Part shown: positions 58,068 through 64,000 of the stretch, piece by piece
Numbering within the stretch: position 1 is the stretch's first letter
Layout: every line of letters begins with the position of its first letter
NCBI GenBank assembly: GCA_029855935.1
Contig: JAGSHN010000023.1
Location: 1 to 64,000, forward strand
Reading direction: 5' to 3'
DNA length: 64,000 bases
Source: Candidatus Thorarchaeota archaeon
GTDB taxonomy: Archaea; Asgardarchaeota; Thorarchaeia; Thorarchaeales; Thorarchaeaceae
Translations under genes and position numbers: made by a program
The notes under the pieces: generated by a model
Seen by the model: only the letters and a program-made list of their open reading frames with translations
What the model was told of the DNA's origin: nothing
The model's database searches: none

Positions 58068-59846
58068 ATGAGCGAGTCACTAAACTCACGTTTCCTGCGC
58101 ATCCAGCACATCCTAGAACGGGTTCACGAAGGCGACTACGTCCTTCCGGAGTTCCAGAGGAGCTTCGTATGGTCGAACTCCGACATCAAGGATCTTCTCG
58201 TTTCATGTCTGAACGGGTATTTCATTGGGACGTTCCTCCTTCTTAGGGGTGATGCGGCAAAGAGCTTTAAGACACGGTATTTCGAGGGAGTTCCCGAGGC
58301 CAATCCGCAAATCCCACGAGAGCCAGATGACAGGACTGTCGATCGAATTGTCTTGGACGGGCAACAAAGGATAACTGCGGCATACTATGCCCTCTATGCG
58401 CCACCTGGTATCACACCCAAAGGGGCGTCATATCCCAGACGCTATCTCCTGAGGATTGAGAACTGTCACGTCGGCGACATCGACTGGGAGGATCTCATAG
58501 AAGACTGGTCCGAGAACGAGAGCAGTCGAAAAGTCCCTCACTCGTCAGGTGCAGCTAGACTTAGAGAACTCATTCAGAAACATGATTTTGTCAACCTTCT
58601 GAACGATTCAGAGTTCCGCAAATACCTCTTCGAGAATCATCTTCTGCCGTTCGCGGTTCTGAAATCAGACTCAGATTTCTCAAGGTGGTTGGACGATTAC
58701 GCGGACTACCTTGAGGAGAAGGGCATAGAAAAGGCTCAGGTGAGAGAACGGAAACAAGCCCTCCGAGAAAGACTGAAAAACGTGCTGAATTTCCAAGTTG
58801 CGGTTCTAGAGTTGGAGGAGAGGGACCTCGTCAAAGTCGTCGACCTCTTTGAGCGAATCAACCGAACAGGTGTTGCTCTCTCTGTGTTTGCACTAGCTAC
58901 CGCAGTCTACATGAAGGGAGGAGTAAACCTCCGCAGACTGTGGAGGGAGTTCTATGCAGCATCTCCTACAATTCAGCAGTTCTGTCAAGAGGATGATGAA
59001 ACATATCCCAAATACGTTCTCCAAGTGATGGCTCTTCTCCAAGGCAAGGAGGTCAAGAAGAAAGTCCTGATTGACTCCAGACAGTTGAGTGTTACATCTG
59101 ACCGATGGTCACAAGCCACGGAACTGCTCGAAAAGGCGCTCGACCGTGCAACAAGCACGAGAAACGGTTATGGAGCAATCAAGTCAAATCTCCTACCTTA
59201 TCGGTCGGCAATTGTCACTCTCGCTGCTCTTCTGGCCAAGTGCGGAACTGCTAGTGACTTTGACAAGCTGGACGCTTGGTACTGGAGTTCCGTCTTCACA
59301 GCAAGGTATGCTGGGGCCAGCGAAACAGCGATCAAGCAAGACTATGACCAAGTATGTCGATGGCTGAAGGATGGTACCCAAGAACCAAGTGTTGTCACTG
59401 AAGCGGCGAATCGTGTTTCGAGTCACAAGCTCGAGAACATCAGAACTGGCGGTACCTACAAAGCCATACTTTGCCTCATCTCATTGGCTGGTGCAAAGGA
59501 CTTCCTAACCGGACAGAGTCCCGAGCTAGGCTTGCTCAATGACCATCATATCTTTCCGAAATCATTGTATCGAGATAGACGCTCAGTTGATTCAATACTC
59601 AACCGGACACTCATTACCGACACGACAAATAGAGATATCTCGAATAAACGCCCGTCCGAGTATGTTCGGGAGATCATAAAGGCTCTTGGCGGGGAGGAGG
59701 ACGATGCGAGAGATATGCTGAAGAGTCATCTGATAGACGATGAATGTTTCGAGGCAATGAAACAAGATGACTATTCGCGCTTTATGGCCCGCCGGGCTGA
59801 GCTGATTCGTAGTGAGATGATTCGTCGAATCCGGTACGGGTCTTGA
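58068..59846 (+). CDS. GmrSD-type (DUF262 + HNH/DUF1524-like) modification-dependent restriction protein
   Basis: LPEFQRSFVW, LDGQQR, FERIN; C-terminal DHHIFP...ILNRT...TN...ISNKRPSEY. Confidence 0.9.
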   Translation: MSESLNSRFLRIQHILERVHEGDYVLPEFQRSFVWSNSDIKDLLVSCLNGYFIGTFLLLRGDAAKSFKTRYFEGVPEANPQIPREPDDRTVDRIVLDGQQRITAAYYALYAPPGITPKGASYPRRYLLRIENCHVGDIDWEDLIEDWSENESSRKVPHSSGAARLRELIQKHDFVNLLNDSEFRKYLFENHLLPFAVLKSDSDFSRWLDDYADYLEEKGIEKAQVRERKQALRERLKNVLNFQVAVLELEERDLVKVVDLFERINRTGVALSVFALATAVYMKGGVNLRRLWREFYAASPTIQQFCQEDDETYPKYVLQVMALLQGKEVKKKVLIDSRQLSVTSDRWSQATELLEKALDRATSTRNGYGAIKSNLLPYRSAIVTLAALLAKCGTASDFDKLDAWYWSSVFTARYAGASETAIKQDYDQVCRWLKDGTQEPSVVTEAANRVSSHKLENIRTGGTYKAILCLISLAGAKDFLTGQSPELGLLNDHHIFPKSLYRDRRSVDSILNRTLITDTTNRDISNKRPSEYVREIIKALGGEEDDARDMLKSHLIDDECFEAMKQDDYSRFMARRAELIRSEMIRRIRYGS

Positions 59847-60378
59847 CATTGCGGTTCTCGTGGTTGGTCGGTGGCACGATGGTCGTTCTAGGCAGTTCGC
59901 TGCCCAATCCACTTCGCTGACAGATAGCTCGGGCCGTGGTCTTCGTGTGCAAGTCGAGGTTGCAGACTGCCTTCGTCGGCGCCGATGACTTCGACCGTAC
60001 AGTAGAGATGCTGTCGCAGATTGTAATCTCAGACGGTGGGGGGAGATCCAAGGTCCCCTACGATGAAACGCCGCCTAGGCGGTCTCTTCATCTCCGGCTG
60101 GTGGGCTATCACACGTGATTCTCGGCGAAGGATGCTCACAGGGTTTGGTCGGTCGAGGTCTCAATGGCCGATCACGAGAGTATGACCAGGCTGGCGTTGA
60201 TGAAGCGGGTCGAGAGAACTGTGTGATATGCACTCAGTGGGGCAAGTTGAGAGCCAGACCTCTCTGGACAACTCACCGTTTCGCCGGGCGTCACCCTGAA
60301 CGTCGTCACGGCCGGTTCCCTGAGAACGGTGTCGACAGATGCAGTGACCTCGATGGCATTGCTCTCTTCCGGGCCGAT

Positions 60379-61662
60379 TCATAGAGACGGGTTGGGCCGT
60401 CTATAACGATTCGTGATCTCTGGAACAAGGACTTGCCATCCGACTAGATGACCTGAACTCTCAGACTCCAGCAGATCATCAAGTGCAAGATGCAGCGCAC
60501 TGGTCGACGGAAGATTCGCCTCGTTCTCCGGATGGAGCCTCGAGCGGATGAAGTACTTCACTGCGGAGTCTGAGAAGGTTGTTGGGTACGTCTCGTTGCT
60601 GAACTCTATCCGGAGATGAGGACGAGAGTCCGAGGTATAGACCTCATATATCCCGTAGATTGTCTGTGGGAAGTTGGGATCGAATCTCGTGAAGCGGAGC
60701 CGGATCCTGTGAGGGGTGACAGAGGTGTCTATGTCATACTCAGCCTCCCACGTCTCGGATCCACCACTAGCCGTTCGCTGGTAGTAGACGGCGTGTTGAA
60801 CTCTCCCAAAGTATTGTGTGTCTGCGTGGATGAAGGTGAGAATCTCAGGAGGACCGCCGGCGTCCCACAGGCCGCTGTAGACCCACACTCCTGCAATGTC
60901 GTCCTCACCCTCCCGCACAGGAAAGACCGGGTTGACAAGTCGGTGTTCCGCCTTGCTCATACGGGGGACATCTATTCCGTCCAGGAAAGGTTGTAGCATA
61001 CTGTCGTTGAAGATCTGTTCGACCTGCAACCTCTCTGACTCGCTGAGATAGGAGAAGGGCGGAACGAAGCTACCCTCGGTCTCAGGGTCTGTTGAGAACC
61101 AGGGGAACATAGGCCCAGTCTTGTTGTTGAAGTCGACAAGCCCCCAGTCGACCATCGAATACGATGCGTACGACCTCGAATACCCGATGACCTGCCCCTT
61201 TGTCACATAGTCGTCCTTCGCGACGAGCAACTGGCCAAGGTGGTCAAACCAGCTTGCCATTGTGTAGTTGTGGAATATCACGATCCTGATATCGTCGCTC
61301 CCCACGTATTCGACGCTCTCAACCACACCGTCATCGGGAGCATAGACGGGACTCGTGTCATGAAACTTGAACGCAGTGTGGTCGAATCCCTCTGGGTGAC
61401 CGCCACCATGATAGCCCCACGTACCAATTGGACCCAATTCAGGAGAGTCCGTGGCCAGACTGTCGAGATCCACGGGGAGCGATATGCTGGCAGTCCTATT
61501 GAGTCGGGGGTCGCTGAGGAGTCCGTGTTCAGACCCATCCTCGTCCTCCGAGGGGGACTCGTTCTCAAGATGGCCAATCATGAACGCGACCGATCCCAGG
61601 GCAATCGCGAGAACTACGATCAAAGCCAGAATCTTGGCCCTTGTGGAGTGCATAGGGAACAC
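60379..61662 (-). CDS. Membrane-anchored M23/LytM-like peptidase-domain protein
   Basis: N-terminal TM; HPEGFD, VYAPDDGVV, IVIFH...FDHL...VTKGQVIG; the final HxH is not conserved. Confidence 0.7.
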   Translation of the reverse strand: MFPMHSTRAKILALIVVLAIALGSVAFMIGHLENESPSEDEDGSEHGLLSDPRLNRTASISLPVDLDSLATDSPELGPIGTWGYHGGGHPEGFDHTAFKFHDTSPVYAPDDGVVESVEYVGSDDIRIVIFHNYTMASWFDHLGQLLVAKDDYVTKGQVIGYSRSYASYSMVDWGLVDFNNKTGPMFPWFSTDPETEGSFVPPFSYLSESERLQVEQIFNDSMLQPFLDGIDVPRMSKAEHRLVNPVFPVREGEDDIAGVWVYSGLWDAGGPPEILTFIHADTQYFGRVQHAVYYQRTASGGSETWEAEYDIDTSVTPHRIRLRFTRFDPNFPQTIYGIYEVYTSDSRPHLRIEFSNETYPTTFSDSAVKYFIRSRLHPENEANLPSTSALHLALDDLLESESSGHLVGWQVLVPEITNRYRRPNPSL

Positions 61663-62147
61663 CTCGACGAATGGACTTGTCAGGTCAGTCCTCCAATTCC
61701 GGAGCGATTCTCGAGCTTCAATCGTGAGGCGAAACGCCTGCGCGGCGAGTACTAGTCCAGCCAGGGAATTTATGCATTACTTGATTCAATTCATCCCTCG
61801 GGTCAAGTCTCTGGAATCTCGAGTCTCCAGTCGACGGGACACTGAATGGTGTGAGATCTGGCCGGCTTGAGAGGGACGATGAGGAACTTGAGAGAGCACA
61901 GGGGCTCTGTTCAAGACTTGGCCACTGGGTCAAGAAGCTCGAGCAGGACCACTCACAAGACATCGCCCCTTCTCCCGTTTCGAGACACCTCAGTACCTTG
62001 CCACAGCGAGCCTTCAACAAGAAACAAAAGAACAGGAGACAAATCAACAACTCGGATAGGTACGGGCTCAATACGAGAGTGCGTGAGTACCAGCGTCATC
62101 ATTGAAGGGTGTAGCGGCTATTGCGGGAAAGTGAAACGGGGGTCCTG

Positions 62148-64000
62148 ATGGACAAGCATGGCCCTCGGGCCGATGCCAGCGGATCAGAAGGACACGATGC
62201 TAGGCGACAGCTCCTCCGTTCCTCCGGACACAGCCAGGTGCCACGACGACGCTCCCCAACCGTGAAGAGCGCCGTGGGATGGGAGCCAGAGGAATACTCC
62301 GATTCTTCCGCACCTGGGGCGCGTCAAATTGCCACCCGGTCCCCTATACTCGTGACAGCCGTCTCGAGGTCCTCGGTGACGCCTCTGTTCGTGCTTCTGC
62401 TCCTGCTTGGAGGCACGCTCAGACTTCCCGTCTCGTCGGTTCCCCTATCCCTGTCTCATCCATCATCCGTCCCGTCCCCGCCCTTTCCTGTCCCGTCGTC
62501 AGATGTGAGCGGCCACTATCTTGATGGACCTGTGCAGGCGGTACGTGACAGGACGCGCCTTGCAGTTCCTGTCACCACGTCTCTGAGGTTGTACCCCTCA
62601 TCACAGACTCAACTCGACATTGCAGAGCCGCTCGTCTGGTCCACACTCTTGGGCACTCCCGAACACGAGTGGTGCGGTGACATTGCACTATTCTCCAACG
62701 GGTCAATAGTGGTATCGGGATCGACTATGGGCGTTGACTTTCCGGACCCTGAGGCACCAGACATATATCGGGACCCAATTGGCTTCGTTGTGTCGTTCTC
62801 GCGCCCGTGCGAGCCACCGATGCGCTCGTGGCTCATCGGCAACGAAGATTCGTACAGCTATAATGACTGCATGGCCGTCGACGAGCACGGACGGATCTTC
62901 GTCGCTGGGTACGTCTGGGGTCAGAATTTTCCGCGGGTGAATGCCAACGAGACATGGCTGCCGGGCACAAATGACAACGTATACGTCGTGGTCTACTCGC
63001 CCGATGGACAGATGTTATTCTCGACGCTCATTGGTGGTTCGGGCTACGACTACCCCTACTCAATCGTGCTGGGTCCTGATGGCATTCTGTACGTGGTGGG
63101 TAGCACCAGCTCAGTGGACTTCCCCGTGACGAGTACTCACTGGGGCTATCGCGCTGGCCCCTCTGACGTCTTTGTCATGGCCATCGACTGTCTGAACGAC
63201 CGACTGGTCTTCTCACGATGTCTTGGTGGTGAGGGGCGCGACTCCGGCAAGGCGGTGACGATGGACGCAGATGGGGCAATATGGGTGACAGGCTGGACCG
63301 ATTCCGAGTTCTTCGAGAGCACGCTCGACGGATGGGGGTCGTGCGGCGGCACAGACGTCTTCGTTGCCCGGCTGGACAGATCAGGAGTGCTTGATGGCCT
63401 TCTCGTGCTGGGCGGTGGCGGAGAGGAGAACGCCCTCGGCATCGCAGTCACCGATGACAATAGTGTGATCATTGCCGGATGGAGCAACTCGACAGACCTG
63501 CCTGCCCCGGTTGATGATGCCGAAGAGGAGCCGCCCATCAATCAGGGCGGCCACGATGTACTCTTACTCAGGATGGGCATGTCAGAAGAGGATGCTGAAA
63601 CCACCCTCGACAGGGCTGTGGAGGTAAGGCAGGTGGTCCTGATTGGTGGTTCTGATGACGACTATGCGTCAGCCATTGCTCTTGGCCAGGACGGGAGTGT
63701 GTACATTGCTGGCTGGTCCGACTCTGAGGACTTTCCAGTGGCCGGGACCTTCACCCTTCCTCATACACATTCGAGTCACAGCGACTGTCTGGTGATGAAG
63801 ATGTCTCCGGACCTGAGTCGGGTGCTCTACGCGTCCTGTCTTGGAGGTCCCTACCCCGATGAGGCGTACTCGCTGGTGGTGAACGGCACCGGGACGGTCT
63901 TTGTTGCAGGCACTGGACTTGATGGGATGCCGTTACGCGGTGCCTTTGACAACACGACTGGTTTCCGGGATGATGTCGTAGTGTTTGCACTTCTTGATCA
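62148..64000 (+). CDS. SBBP-repeat surface protein (runs off the window end)
   Basis: Open frame from ATG 62148 (alternative GTG 62352 before a hydrophobic signal segment); PLVWSTLLG, FSTLIGGSGYD, VVGSTSSVDFP, AGWSDSEDFP repeats. Absent from the ORF track because there is no stop in the window. Confidence 0.85.
   Translation, partial: MDKHGPRADASGSEGHDARRQLLRSSGHSQVPRRRSPTVKSAVGWEPEEYSDSSAPGARQIATRSPILVTAVSRSSVTPLFVLLLLLGGTLRLPVSSVPLSLSHPSSVPSPPFPVPSSDVSGHYLDGPVQAVRDRTRLAVPVTTSLRLYPSSQTQLDIAEPLVWSTLLGTPEHEWCGDIALFSNGSIVVSGSTMGVDFPDPEAPDIYRDPIGFVVSFSRPCEPPMRSWLIGNEDSYSYNDCMAVDEHGRIFVAGYVWGQNFPRVNANETWLPGTNDNVYVVVYSPDGQMLFSTLIGGSGYDYPYSIVLGPDGILYVVGSTSSVDFPVTSTHWGYRAGPSDVFVMAIDCLNDRLVFSRCLGGEGRDSGKAVTMDADGAIWVTGWTDSEFFESTLDGWGSCGGTDVFVARLDRSGVLDGLLVLGGGGEENALGIAVTDDNSVIIAGWSNSTDLPAPVDDAEEEPPINQGGHDVLLLRMGMSEEDAETTLDRAVEVRQVVLIGGSDDDYASAIALGQDGSVYIAGWSDSEDFPVAGTFTLPHTHSSHSDCLVMKMSPDLSRVLYASCLGGPYPDEAYSLVVNGTGTVFVAGTGLDGMPLRGAFDNTTGFRDDVVVFALLD

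Noticed and set aside
1-64000. CRISPR arrays, tRNA/rRNA genes, reverse transcriptase/DGR
   Set aside because: No regularly spaced repeats, tRNA T-arm/cloverleaf, RT (YxDD) ORF or TR/VR pair noticed by eye. A computational scan was not possible.

Overview
Archaeal DNA, most likely from an Asgard archaeon. Thorarchaeia-like is an inference from a longin/roadblock-V4R protein, SBBP and FG-GAP surface proteins with Thr-linker/TM/KRR tails, and a tandem Lrp-type wHTH protein. 1-21.3 kb holds large membrane-anchored surface proteins, membrane hypotheticals, a QueG/reductive-dehalogenase-like Fe-S protein, a HEPN-MNT pair and an operon of two 3-TM proteins plus longin-V4R. 21.5-27 kb is the most unusual part. 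Two large minus-strand genes (an unassignable 490-aa protein and a 510-aa tandem Lrp-like wHTH protein) are bracketed by two unannotated structured RNA candidates with strand-specific G-U pairing. A divergent hairpin-rich mini-transcript encodes a 15-aa Pro/Trp peptide (MNPGDPWPIPPWRPA). It is followed by a decayed glycine-zipper toxin-like gene and two repeats of [C-terminal tip + 4-TM immunity-like gene]. 27-60 kb is a patchy defence/accessory island: vapBC relic, MNT-HEPN fusion, AAA_14-DUF4143 ATPase, DUF3800 pseudogene, HD hydrolase + YwgA-like pair, two ABC-ATPase + nuclease/TOPRIM pairs, PD-(D/E)XK nucleases, OLD nuclease, Mre11/Rad50-like pair, JAB protease, GIY-YIG and GmrSD. The window ends with an M23-like protein and a partial SBBP protein. 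No tRNA, rRNA, CRISPR array or intact transposase was seen. All family calls come from motif reading, not database searches.
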